This document shows positions 9,684 through 18,611 of a DNA stretch of 28,317 nucleotides, one piece after another. Each line of letters opens with the position of its first letter. Positions within the stretch are counted from its first letter, which is position 1. Under the pieces are notes generated by a model that was not told the DNA's origin, made no database searches, and was given only the letters and a program-made list of their open reading frames with translations. The position numbers and the translations under genes are program-made. Location: positions 1-28,317 of the forward strand of contig JBHHUM010000025.1 in NCBI GenBank assembly GCA_046861645.1, written 5' to 3'. The stretch comes from Fidelibacterota bacterium. GTDB lineage: Bacteria; Fidelibacterota; Marinisomatia; Marinisomatales; UBA2128.

Positions 9684-10496
9684 TTACTGATCTAAAAGTT
9701 GGCTTAATTCCTCCACCAGGGATTCTGTTTTCCTCACATTATTAGTAAAAGCGCGGTCGAAATCCTTTTCTGGAAATCCGTTTCCCATCCAATAATAATC
9801 CACCCGACGAAGATCACGGGTTGCCAGTCGAACTATCTTATCCAATTTCTTCCGTTGGACCAGTACCCGGGCGTAAAGCTCCTCAATTTCGTTGAGTTCC
9901 CGACCTAATTGAACCAGTTTCCTCTCCCTATCCTTAACACCAAGAAACTCTGCTACAGTTTTCCTCCTTCCTTCAATTTCACTATCTAACTTGATCATCT
10001 GTGCTGTTATGGTGAAAACATCCTCCTCCATTTCCTGGAGACGAGCTTCAGGAGTATACAGCCGGAAACCGCCTTCTTTTAAATTTTGGAGAAAATCGAA
10101 TTCTGCCTGTTGAACAGCCTCCTGAGTTTTATTCAACTCTTCTTTCTTCTCAAGGTAAGTTTGTTGCTGACCGGGAGAAGGAATTTCCCTGACTCTGGCA
10201 ACCCTTTCCTTTTGACGTTCAAGTGCTATGTTAAATCGATCTAATGCTTGCTTGACTTCTCCTAACAACTCCTCAGCATCCTCATAAAGTTTTAAGCTGG
10301 AGGCAATAATGGTCAGAGACCCTTTTTCCAAAGCCTCTTCGTAAACGCTAATCCTCTTCTTCAACTCCCGGGACCACAGGCGATCGCCTTCTAAATCGGC
10401 CTTCATCTGATCCTTAGTGGTTATCTCATTATTATCAGTGGGAATCCCGCAAGAGTAGATGATACCAGTTAGAACAATAATAAGATATCTAATCAT
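9684..10496 (-). CDS. Coiled-coil lipoprotein, hypothetical
   Basis: Lipobox IIYS-C at residue 16, followed by long E/K/L-rich helices. Confidence 0.78.
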   Translation of the reverse strand: MIRYLIIVLTGIIYSCGIPTDNNEITTKDQMKADLEGDRLWSRELKKRISVYEEALEKGSLTIIASSLKLYEDAEELLGEVKQALDRFNIALERQKERVARVREIPSPGQQQTYLEKKEELNKTQEAVQQAEFDFLQNLKEGGFRLYTPEARLQEMEEDVFTITAQMIKLDSEIEGRRKTVAEFLGVKDRERKLVQLGRELNEIEELYARVLVQRKKLDKIVRLATRDLRRVDYYWMGNGFPEKDFDRAFTNNVRKTESLVEELSQLLDQ

Positions 10497-10511
10497 ATAC
10501 TGGGTCTTATA

Positions 10512-10754
10512 TCAATTGAAGTTGAGTTCTCCTGATTGAACCAGGGCCATCATATTGTCATACCCTCCAATGGGCTTTTCATCAATGATGATTTGAGGAA
10601 CAGTTCTTCCCTGAGTGATTTTATATAAATCCTCACGAGTAATTCCCTCCTGTTCGATGTCAATTTCACTATAGGGCACATCCTGTGCTGTTAAATACCG
10701 TTTGGCCATATGACAGTATGGACACCACGACGTGGTGTAAATAGTAACAGTCAT
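10512..10754 (-). CDS. grxC: Glutaredoxin (GrxC-like)
   Basis: CPYC active site, TVPQI and IGGYD. GGAGG RBS upstream. Confidence 0.9.
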   Translation of the reverse strand: MTVTIYTTSWCPYCHMAKRYLTAQDVPYSEIDIEQEGITREDLYKITQGRTVPQIIIDEKPIGGYDNMMALVQSGELNFN

Positions 10755-10823
10755 TGCTTACCTCCATTTATATAGTTGTTAACTCATAACGTCAGGTAAG
10801 ATTAAATAGAAAATATGGACATA

Positions 10824-11897
10824 TCAAGCCAGGTATTGAGTTTTGTCCGCCAGATGACTTTTCTTCTTCACATTTTGGACAAAAAGCTGTCCACAAGCCG
10901 CACGAATATCTGATCCCTGGCTCCAACGTACAGTCACAATTTGAATTGCCGGTGATAAACGTGAAAGAAACTTTTCCATCTCTTCCTGGGTTGGTTGCTG
11001 GAAAGGAGTTTCAGGAATCGGATTAAAGGGTATTACATTCAGCTTCGCTCTTAACCTGCGAACAATTTTGATAAGCCTTTCAGCGTCCTCTCTTGAATTA
11101 TTCACACCAGGTAATAAGACATACTCTACTGTAACCCTCTGACGGGACCGGGAGGAGTAGTACTCCAGGGCATCCAAGCAGGTGGCCAAGTCATGCTTCC
11201 GATTGATAGGCATAATTTCCGTACGTACCTGGTCAGTAGTTGCATTCAGGCTGAAGGCGAGCTGATAAGGATGATGTTCATCAGCAAATTGACGAATGCG
11301 GGGTGCTATTCCAGAAGTGGATATGGTAATTTTTCGCAAACCAATATTACCACCTGCCTCGTGATGTATTAGTTCAGCAGCTTTCAGAACAGCGTCATAA
11401 TTCAGTAGAGGTTCTCCCATACCCATGAATACTACATTAGTAATGCGTTCCTTAACCTCCCGTTTGATGGCATAAAGTTGAGCCACAATCTCTGCAGTAG
11501 AAAGGTCACGGAGAATCCCCATTTTGCCTGTTGCACAGAATTTGCAACCGAGAGGACATCCCACCTGTGAGGAAAGACAAACCGTACGACGGTTTCCTTC
11601 AGGCAGGAAAACAGATTCCACTTTGGAGCCATCAGAGAGTTCCAAAAGAAATTTTCGTGATCCAGTTATATCAGAATCGTGAATACTGAGGATATCCGGC
11701 ACTTCCAGACGATACTCACTCTCCATATGATCACGGAAAGTTTTTGGTAGATCCGTCATTTGTACAAAAGATGAAACTGTCCGATCATGAATCCAGGAAA
11801 AAATCTGTCGAGCACGATATTTTGGTTCACCAGATGATAGGAGAAATTTCTCCAACTCTTTCAGAGTTAGACTTGTTATATCAAACTTTTCCCCCAC
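10824..11897 (-). CDS. rlmN: 23S rRNA (A2503)-C2-methyltransferase, radical SAM
   Basis: CLSSQVGCPLGCKFCATG (CxxxCxxC), FMGMGEP, ISTSG and DIRAACGQL. GTG start. Confidence 0.95.
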   Translation of the reverse strand: MGEKFDITSLTLKELEKFLLSSGEPKYRARQIFSWIHDRTVSSFVQMTDLPKTFRDHMESEYRLEVPDILSIHDSDITGSRKFLLELSDGSKVESVFLPEGNRRTVCLSSQVGCPLGCKFCATGKMGILRDLSTAEIVAQLYAIKREVKERITNVVFMGMGEPLLNYDAVLKAAELIHHEAGGNIGLRKITISTSGIAPRIRQFADEHHPYQLAFSLNATTDQVRTEIMPINRKHDLATCLDALEYYSSRSRQRVTVEYVLLPGVNNSREDAERLIKIVRRLRAKLNVIPFNPIPETPFQQPTQEEMEKFLSRLSPAIQIVTVRWSQGSDIRAACGQLFVQNVKKKSHLADKTQYLA

Positions 11898-11902
11898 GTC
11901 AG

Positions 11903-12562
11903 CTAACGTAAAGGATTAAAGATAAACTCTCTCTGACCCTTAAGAAAGTCGTATGTTACCCACCCCATAGTGATTAAAGGTACTCCGATAAAGGCTGTCG
12001 GATAAAGTTTATTAGCTCGTTTAAAAACAAGGTTAAAATCGAAAAATTCCTTAGTGGCTTTGAATTGCACCAGATATGCAAAAAGAGAAAGGCCGGCTCC
12101 TGACAATCCTCCCTTCTTAACCGCATATTCAGATAAAGTATGATCAATGTTCAATTTGTGTACCCGATGAAGTGGTATTGATCGACGCTCAAAATTATCT
12201 ATAGTACGATATATAAGTTTCGGATGATACATACGTATTTCCGCTTCTAAATCGGTAAATTCTATTTCACGTCCTTCCACAGTGATGATACTCCCACTCC
12301 GACCTAAAGCCAGATTAATATATCTCCAGAAAGTTTGAGAAAGATAAAAATACTTCCCAGCACCATTATGGATCAGGAACAAAGAATCGAGTGGTACTCG
12401 TTCCACTGTCTGTTGCCACTTGGGACGGAAAGCAACAGAATCATGATCAATGGCAGCTACCCAGCCGGTTTTACTACTACCATCAAGATAAACTATTTGA
12501 TGTTCTGGATCGGAGGCAATCAGGCTTGATATAATCAGTAATATTATGAAGGAGAACTTCAT
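11903..12562 (-). CDS. Exported/membrane hypothetical protein
   Basis: Signal peptide MKFSFIILLIISSLIA and C-terminal hydrophobic segments. Lies 5 nt upstream of rlmN. Confidence 0.75.
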   Translation of the reverse strand: MKFSFIILLIISSLIASDPEHQIVYLDGSSKTGWVAAIDHDSVAFRPKWQQTVERVPLDSLFLIHNGAGKYFYLSQTFWRYINLALGRSGSIITVEGREIEFTDLEAEIRMYHPKLIYRTIDNFERRSIPLHRVHKLNIDHTLSEYAVKKGGLSGAGLSLFAYLVQFKATKEFFDFNLVFKRANKLYPTAFIGVPLITMGWVTYDFLKGQREFIFNPLR

Positions 12563-12643
12563 TGAGTTTTCACCAGGGTCAAACTAAATTTAGTTATGCA
12601 ACTCATCAGAGGGTAGCGATTTCATACCTCAATTTCCAGATTT

Positions 12644-13303
12644 ATGCAACACATACGAAAAATAGTTATTATTCTGCTGCTGTCAAGTTCTTTCCTTCCT
12701 GCTCAGTTCAAGTACTCCGTGAATACCGGCATAGGTATTTTTTTACCTGATTTCTCAGAGTTCAACTCTGTCATCTCGGACTCAGGATTAAAAGAGGTAG
12801 CTAGTTTCTGGATGCCTTTGGCATACGATTTTTCTTACAAAATTTATCCTTCCCTGAGGGTAGGATATTTCCGTTATTCCAGTGCTCTGACGAGTAAAAT
12901 TATTAACGGTTCATCTGATAACTTCACTCTTACCTTTAAGATGAATGGTATCTCCTTACAAACCTTCTTTTCTTTCTTTGAACGGTATGAAGCCATTTTT
13001 GGGTTGGCACCTCTTCTGGGAAGAGCCCAGTTCACTCAGGAGGATTTGACTGCCTCCACTTCTCCTTTTCAGATGTCCACAACCACACAAGCTGGTATGA
13101 CACATGCCTTTTTTGCATATTACTCATGGATGGGTATACGATTACATCTTAATCATTGGTTGGCATTAGAGGGTACTATCGGCTACCTGGATGCGGAGAT
13201 AAAGGGTAATTCGTGGAAGAATGAAAAGCAGAAAATTGACATTAAGGGTGGAATGGATCTATCTGGACCAACTGGAAGGATTGGAGTTGTTTTGGGATGG
13301 TAG
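12644..13303 (+). CDS. Putative outer-membrane beta-barrel protein
   Basis: Signal peptide, alternating aromatic/Gly beta-strands, and a terminal strand GRIGVVLGW ending in an aromatic residue. Confidence 0.75.
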   Translation: MQHIRKIVIILLLSSSFLPAQFKYSVNTGIGIFLPDFSEFNSVISDSGLKEVASFWMPLAYDFSYKIYPSLRVGYFRYSSALTSKIINGSSDNFTLTFKMNGISLQTFFSFFERYEAIFGLAPLLGRAQFTQEDLTASTSPFQMSTTTQAGMTHAFFAYYSWMGIRLHLNHWLALEGTIGYLDAEIKGNSWKNEKQKIDIKGGMDLSGPTGRIGVVLGW

Positions 13304-13674
13304 TCCTGCATCGTTTTATGTTCCTTCTCATCATATTACTCACCCTTGTACAGGCTCAGACTGTCGAGGAGGATAGTATCGAAGTCCCTCAGACACCCTG
13401 TGAACATCCCCTTGTCCACAAGGCCCTTGAGGAGGGTTTGAATTCCTTGACTTTGAAAGAAATCCCTGAATATTGGTACCGAATCTGGCTATGTAAACGG
13501 TACGCTAATAAAGCAGGAGTTACTATTGATCTTTCCATTGCCCAGGAAAGAAAAAGAGAAGAACTCCAGCACCCCATTCAAGAAATATCTGGTCCTGGTA
13601 CCTGTTGTGCTACAATGGTTACAGTTATTCTGGTGTTTTCATATTACAGTTATTTTGCTGGACCAGATAAATAA
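13297..13674 (+). CDS. Small exported protein with Cys residues and a C-terminal TM helix
   Basis: Signal peptide (..LVQA), four Cys (TPCEHP, WLCKR, GTCCA), C-terminal hydrophobic helix. Overlaps the upstream stop. Confidence 0.7.
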   Translation: MVVLHRFMFLLIILLTLVQAQTVEEDSIEVPQTPCEHPLVHKALEEGLNSLTLKEIPEYWYRIWLCKRYANKAGVTIDLSIAQERKREELQHPIQEISGPGTCCATMVTVILVFSYYSYFAGPDK

Positions 13675-13764
13675 TGTGATTTAGAGCAAACCCACTGGAC
13701 TACCATTTAGTCAGTATTGGAATTAACCTTACTCTTTCCTAAACTTCTAACAATTGAATATAGG

Positions 13765-15102
13765 ATGAAAATTAACTCACTAATAATCCCTGGTCTTTTG
13801 ACAGTCGGACTCTTACTTAGCTGTGAATCCTTAACGGACATTTATCCACCAGAATTGAAATGGATAAGTCCAATTGAAAAGATTCTCTCTGCCGACTCTG
13901 TGACATTTTCTGTAGATGTAAAAGACAACATTACTGTTGATAGAGTAGAGTTTACATTGCGTGATCCATTTACAGGTGAGGAGATTGAAGAAAGTATAAG
14001 ACATGATCCTTACCAATATCAACTTTATGGTGTTCAATCTTGGAAACAAATCGATTTAATTGTCACGGCTTATGATGATGTAGGAAACTTTGCTGAATTG
14101 GAGAGAAATTTCCTTATCCAGTCTTCGGTAGAGAATGCAAGAATTACGGTAACTTCACCCAATGGTGGCGAGATCTGGGTAACAGACGCAACCGAAACCA
14201 TTACCTGGTCCAGTAGTGACGTCTCCGGGGATGTGGATATCGAACTCTACAAGGATGCAAATCTTGTCGAGATAATCAAATCCAGCACTAAAAATGACGG
14301 CGTTTATCGCTGGAATATTCCTGACAACCTGGATAATTCAACAGACTATATGATAAAAATTCTTTGGGAAAGCAACACAGACATCTTTGACTATAGCGAT
14401 GAAACATTTACCATTCATAAGGCAGGGGAAACTATCACCATAACTCGTCCTGAGGAGGGCGAAGTATGGTATAGAGGTACGACTGAAGAGATTACCTGGA
14501 TTGATAATGAAAACTTAGGTTCATCTCATAGCCTTGATATTGATCTGTACCGTAGTAGCTCTTTTATCCAGCGGATTACAGCTACTACCTCTAATGATGG
14601 CAGCTATTACTGGTTCATCCCTTCTGAAGTGACGGAGGCAACTAACTATGTGATCAAAATTGTTCAAGCATCTTCAGGTGAAGTGTACGGAGTAAGTAGT
14701 CCCTTTGCTATCAAAGAACAAGAGACCAGTTCAAATCTATCTGTTGTGGACGTTTCCGTATCACCAAACTCTATCCCTGCCGGTGAAGATGTAGAGATCG
14801 CATTTTCCATCAGTAATAGCGGCTTCTCAACGATCTTCTCAGCCTCCGCTGAGATATTCCTTTCTACGTCAATTTGGGAAAATTCCTCTGGTATAGAAAT
14901 TTTTGATGGATCCTTTTCTGAGGGAATTGATCCAGGTACCAGTTATTGGATAGCTTCAGATGTAACCATACCCAATTCCACTAGCAGTGGAATCTACTAC
15001 CTATTCGTCGTCCTGGAGTACGAGGATCAAAATCAAGATGATAATTATGCCTATACTTTTCTGACTGTAACTCCGGGACAGTTGGGTAACAGTATGAGGT
15101 AA
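13765..15102 (+). CDS. Surface lipoprotein with Ig-like, two Ser/Thr-rich (GPI-anchored/Kre9-like) Ig repeats and a CARDB-like domain
   Basis: ATG at 13765 gives MKINS..LLLS-C lipobox. Repeats ITVTSPNGGEIW..TITW..NDGVYRWNIP and ITITRPEEGEVW..EITW..NDGSYYWFIP. C-terminal NLSVVDVSVSP..ISNSG..GIYYL..DDNY. Confidence 0.82.
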   Translation: MKINSLIIPGLLTVGLLLSCESLTDIYPPELKWISPIEKILSADSVTFSVDVKDNITVDRVEFTLRDPFTGEEIEESIRHDPYQYQLYGVQSWKQIDLIVTAYDDVGNFAELERNFLIQSSVENARITVTSPNGGEIWVTDATETITWSSSDVSGDVDIELYKDANLVEIIKSSTKNDGVYRWNIPDNLDNSTDYMIKILWESNTDIFDYSDETFTIHKAGETITITRPEEGEVWYRGTTEEITWIDNENLGSSHSLDIDLYRSSSFIQRITATTSNDGSYYWFIPSEVTEATNYVIKIVQASSGEVYGVSSPFAIKEQETSSNLSVVDVSVSPNSIPAGEDVEIAFSISNSGFSTIFSASAEIFLSTSIWENSSGIEIFDGSFSEGIDPGTSYWIASDVTIPNSTSSGIYYLFVVLEYEDQNQDDNYAYTFLTVTPGQLGNSMR

Positions 15103-15107
15103 TCCAT

Positions 15108-15137
15108 TAAAAAAGGAACAAATAAAAAAGGAACAAA
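15108..15137. repeat. Perfect 15-bp tandem duplication TAAAAAAGGAACAAA x2
   Basis: Read directly at 15108-15122 and 15123-15137. Confidence 0.9.
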
Positions 15138-15375
15138 AAGTTATAAGATCATATTAATATTATGACGACAAAACTGAAGACCAACAAAATCCAGAATAAT
15201 TCCAATTGGGGAACCTCTCATTTAAAAGAAATGTACTACTATTCAGGAGAAAAAGGGTTAAATGGAAATCACATTTAATTCAGGTCCAAACTTCCACAAT
15301 ATTTACTATCCAGATTATTGATAAATGACCCTGAAAAGAATCATCTCTTCTTCATATCTGATGTAGAGAAATAAA

Positions 15376-17181
15376 ATGAGCTTAGAAAGAACAGCAATAA
15401 TTATCATAATGGTTTTTTCAGGATTTCTAGTCGCTCAAGAAAAGCTAACCATTAAAGAGGATTCACCCATTTATGCTGAACCTGACAACGAATCCCGGGT
15501 GATTGCCTATGGTATCGCCGGGGACAAGGCTGAGGTGCTAGAATATAAAGATGACTTCTTCCTTATACGCTACAATTCATTTGGTTTTACTTACGAGGGT
15601 TATATACAATCTTCTGCAATTAAAGGGAAAAAACCATCTATTAAATCCCACGATGATGAATTGGATCTTACCAAAGTACCTGAGAAAGCACCTTCTGTTC
15701 TGAAAACCCCGTTATCCTCCTTACAACCAATACCTGAAAAGAGACCGGCTATGCTAATCAGACCTGACCCTGAGGCTCTTCAAAGGAATCGCTTTTTCTT
15801 TAGCGATTGCCTCTGGCTCGTTGGAGCTACGGGAGTAGTCTATGGAGGCTGGGAACTTACCAATAGAGGATACGTGGTATTGGGGCGAGATATCATGGCA
15901 GGTTCTATCCTTACCTGGCTTCTGCGTACCAAACTGGTCAGGAACCGTCGGTCATGGGGATCACTTGAAACTCTGGAGGTAACAGCACAGCCTTATGACG
16001 TTGCCGGTTGGCCTAAGTGGCAATTTACTCCCGGAGAGCAGGGTCAAGTAGTACTTACTATTATCAATCGGGGAGATAAGAGAGTTAAAGGCATCCACCC
16101 TAGAATTCGACTCAAATCGAGCGTATTGCAAAAACAATTCGGTAAACTGAAGGTCAGGAGGGGTAGCACCGAAGGTAGAAGAAGGTATCTGATCGGTGGT
16201 TTTACCCTCGACCCGGGTGAATCAATGACCATCGCAACTACATTTCAAATTCCCTCCACCTATCCATCGACTACCATCGAAATCAAAGGCTCTCTCACTC
16301 GTACCCTGTATGGAACAGCACAGATGGAAGTAGGTATTGATGAGTTGTTACCTCTCATGGCTCAGGCTGAAGAGAAACCTGTCATCGCTCTATTGGATGT
16401 TGAGCGAAATATCCCTCAAACTACCTCCAACCATAATGCTTATGGTATTGTTTTTGGAATCGAACAGTACAAAAACGTCTCTCCCGTTACTTACGCCCGG
16501 AGGGATGCTCATTGGGTTCGAGAGTATTTTGAAAAAACCCTGGGTATTCCTAAGGAAAACATTTATTACCTAACTGATAGCGATGTCAGTAAAGCAGAAC
16601 TCGACAAAGTTTTTTCGCTCGGTGGATGGCTGGATAAGAGAGTACTCGATGGTGTAAGCGATATCTATATCTATTACGCTGGGCATGGAGCTCCAGATAT
16701 CAGTAACCGGACTGCCTATCTTATTCCTTATGATGGTGATCCCAATTACGCTTCCCAAACCGGTTACGAGGTGGACGAATTAACTCGTAATTTGAGTCAA
16801 TTGGGAGCTCGCTCGGTTACAGTTTTCCTTGACGCTTGCTTTACTGGTGCCAACCGGGAAAATGAAATCCTGTTAGCTGGAGCCCGACCAATCTTTATGG
16901 AAGTCAATCCCTCCATGGCAGAAAATGTCACCCTCTTCTCTGCTGCCAGTGGGACAGAGATATCTTCAGCCTGGCCAGAAAAGCAACATGGTCTTTTCAC
17001 TTACTGGTTACTGAAGGGACTTCAGGGAAAAGCTGACACCGATCAGAATAACAATTTAACCGTGCAGGAATTAGGCGATTATATTCGCGAAAACGTCAGT
17101 ATCACAGCTGGAAAATTAGATCGAGAACAGACCCCTGTTTTACAGACCCGAATAACTGATAAAGTGGTAGTAGAATATTGA
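15376..17181 (+). CDS. Caspase-family (peptidase C14) protein with signal peptide, SH3-like domain, membrane hairpin and Ig-like domain
   Basis: Catalytic dyad motifs YYAGHG and FLDACFTG, plus GIEQY, HGLFTYWLLKGLQG and EQTP. N-terminal IYAEPDNESRVI..EGYI SH3-like segment. Confidence 0.9.
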   Translation: MSLERTAIIIIMVFSGFLVAQEKLTIKEDSPIYAEPDNESRVIAYGIAGDKAEVLEYKDDFFLIRYNSFGFTYEGYIQSSAIKGKKPSIKSHDDELDLTKVPEKAPSVLKTPLSSLQPIPEKRPAMLIRPDPEALQRNRFFFSDCLWLVGATGVVYGGWELTNRGYVVLGRDIMAGSILTWLLRTKLVRNRRSWGSLETLEVTAQPYDVAGWPKWQFTPGEQGQVVLTIINRGDKRVKGIHPRIRLKSSVLQKQFGKLKVRRGSTEGRRRYLIGGFTLDPGESMTIATTFQIPSTYPSTTIEIKGSLTRTLYGTAQMEVGIDELLPLMAQAEEKPVIALLDVERNIPQTTSNHNAYGIVFGIEQYKNVSPVTYARRDAHWVREYFEKTLGIPKENIYYLTDSDVSKAELDKVFSLGGWLDKRVLDGVSDIYIYYAGHGAPDISNRTAYLIPYDGDPNYASQTGYEVDELTRNLSQLGARSVTVFLDACFTGANRENEILLAGARPIFMEVNPSMAENVTLFSAASGTEISSAWPEKQHGLFTYWLLKGLQGKADTDQNNNLTVQELGDYIRENVSITAGKLDREQTPVLQTRITDKVVVEY

Positions 17182-18341
17182 TAGCTAAAACTCACTCCAG
17201 AACCCCATCTCTAATTAAGAGCGGGGGCCGCTTTGAACTCATTCTGACACAACAATCATACTATGTACATAAGTTAAATAATATACCTCCCCGTCTTACT
17301 CTTGTTGTAATAACTTTGATTGTCCTCACTGCCTGCGGTTCGAAACCCTCCACTGAACCGCAATTATCAACAGAAGAAGCGAAAGCTAAGATTAAGGAAG
17401 GTTTCACTGAACTGAATACTGAAGTAGGAGTCACTGAAGTCGAAAAGGATCTGTCTGGAGTGGAATCTGCAGCTACTGGTGAATTCAATGTGATGGAAAG
17501 CTTAGTTGAACCTGATGCAGCGGAGATGATCGAATACGAAACCGGGAAACCAGGATGGATTGAAGTTGCAGCTACCCGGATTTTCCCGGAGAGTGTATCC
17601 AATCTCTCTGCCCGACAGGAGCTATTGAACATTCTGCGTAATGAAGCTGTCTCGAAAAAAGTCCCTCGTACAATAGAGGTGTCTTCCCTCCTCACCGACA
17701 TCATGAGTGAAACCGCTGGTCGGGCTCAAGAGCAAACGGCCTGGTCAAGCTTCTTCAAAAGTACGGTAACAGGGATGATTACAAGTGAAAAAATAGTCTC
17801 AGAATCCGATCCAAAATTCCTGCAGGGAAAAAACAGCTTTGAGAAATCTATTACCCTGAAAGCTTACGTGGAACCTGTTAAGGGTAACCGTGATCCAGCA
17901 TTTTCAGTCAAAGCTGAATTACAGGACAACACTCTCTCTACCGGCGATGAATTAAATTTTTATTTGACCCCTTCTCAGGAAAGCTATCTTTACGTTTTTA
18001 ATCTGATGGCAGATCACAGTGTTCTATTAGTTTTTCCAAATGATTACATGCCGGATAATCACCTCAAGGCGGGTGAAACGGTACAGTTTCCTGATCCTAA
18101 AATGCGAGGTTATATCCGTTTTCGAGTGGGAACTTTACCAAGTGAAAAACTAACTACAGAATCGATCTACGTGGTCTGTACCAAAGATCCCGTAACCGTC
18201 GCTGATAAACTTCCCAGGATAGGAACAGGTATGCCGACTTCTGGAGACAGTAAAAGTTTTGTAGAGCTACAACGTTGGCTGACCAACATACCTCTAAACC
18301 GAAGAGTAGAGAAAAATCTAGTCTATTTTGTGGCGGAATGA
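17178..18341 (+). CDS. DUF4384-domain lipoprotein (start uncertain)
   Basis: Lipobox LTA-C. C-terminal GDELNFYL..SYLYVFNL..VLLVFPN..NHLKAGETVQFP matches the DUF4384 pattern. The middle region is LPP20/FlgT-N-like (weaker call). Confidence 0.8.
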   Translation: MIAKTHSRTPSLIKSGGRFELILTQQSYYVHKLNNIPPRLTLVVITLIVLTACGSKPSTEPQLSTEEAKAKIKEGFTELNTEVGVTEVEKDLSGVESAATGEFNVMESLVEPDAAEMIEYETGKPGWIEVAATRIFPESVSNLSARQELLNILRNEAVSKKVPRTIEVSSLLTDIMSETAGRAQEQTAWSSFFKSTVTGMITSEKIVSESDPKFLQGKNSFEKSITLKAYVEPVKGNRDPAFSVKAELQDNTLSTGDELNFYLTPSQESYLYVFNLMADHSVLLVFPNDYMPDNHLKAGETVQFPDPKMRGYIRFRVGTLPSEKLTTESIYVVCTKDPVTVADKLPRIGTGMPTSGDSKSFVELQRWLTNIPLNRRVEKNLVYFVAE

Positions 18342-18411
18342 AGCATGGAGAATTGGAGGAATGCCTGTTTGCCGAACAGGAAGGGATTCTGGAGAAAGGG
18401 AGAAGTCGTTT

Positions 18412-18497
18412 AACCTTGATTAAAAAAAGATTGTAACGATTAGCTTGATTGAAAAATCATGGAAATCAGAATAATCAAGTAAATCAAGTTTCAGACA
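18412..18497. repeat. Periodic imperfect inverted repeat (4x GATT / GAAA loop / 4x AATC)
   Basis: GATT at 18418, 18429, 18438, 18447. GAAA at 18451-54. AATC at 18455, 18464, 18473, 18482. Confidence 0.75.
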
Positions 18498-18611
18498 ATA
18501 GAGAAACAGTCATGAAATATTAACAATGAAGAGGGTTAAAATCTTAATAACTAACTGGATATGGAAGTATCCTATCCGGTTTAAAACCATCAACAAGAAG
18601 GAGCATAGCAC

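Noticed and set aside
9365..9745. AT-rich spacer as ncRNA, and the 61-aa ORF at 9560-9745
   Set aside because: Only a weak 6-bp hairpin (CCCTTA/TAAGGG). The ORF has no recognisable motif and overlaps a convergent gene.
15162..15278. 38-codon ORF MTTKLKTNK.. upstream of the caspase
   Set aside because: No RBS or motif; plausible by chance in this spacer.
18345..18500. Possible CRISPR array
   Set aside because: Repeat units are 4-9 nt with no 23-47-nt repeats or unique spacers, and no cas genes are in the window.
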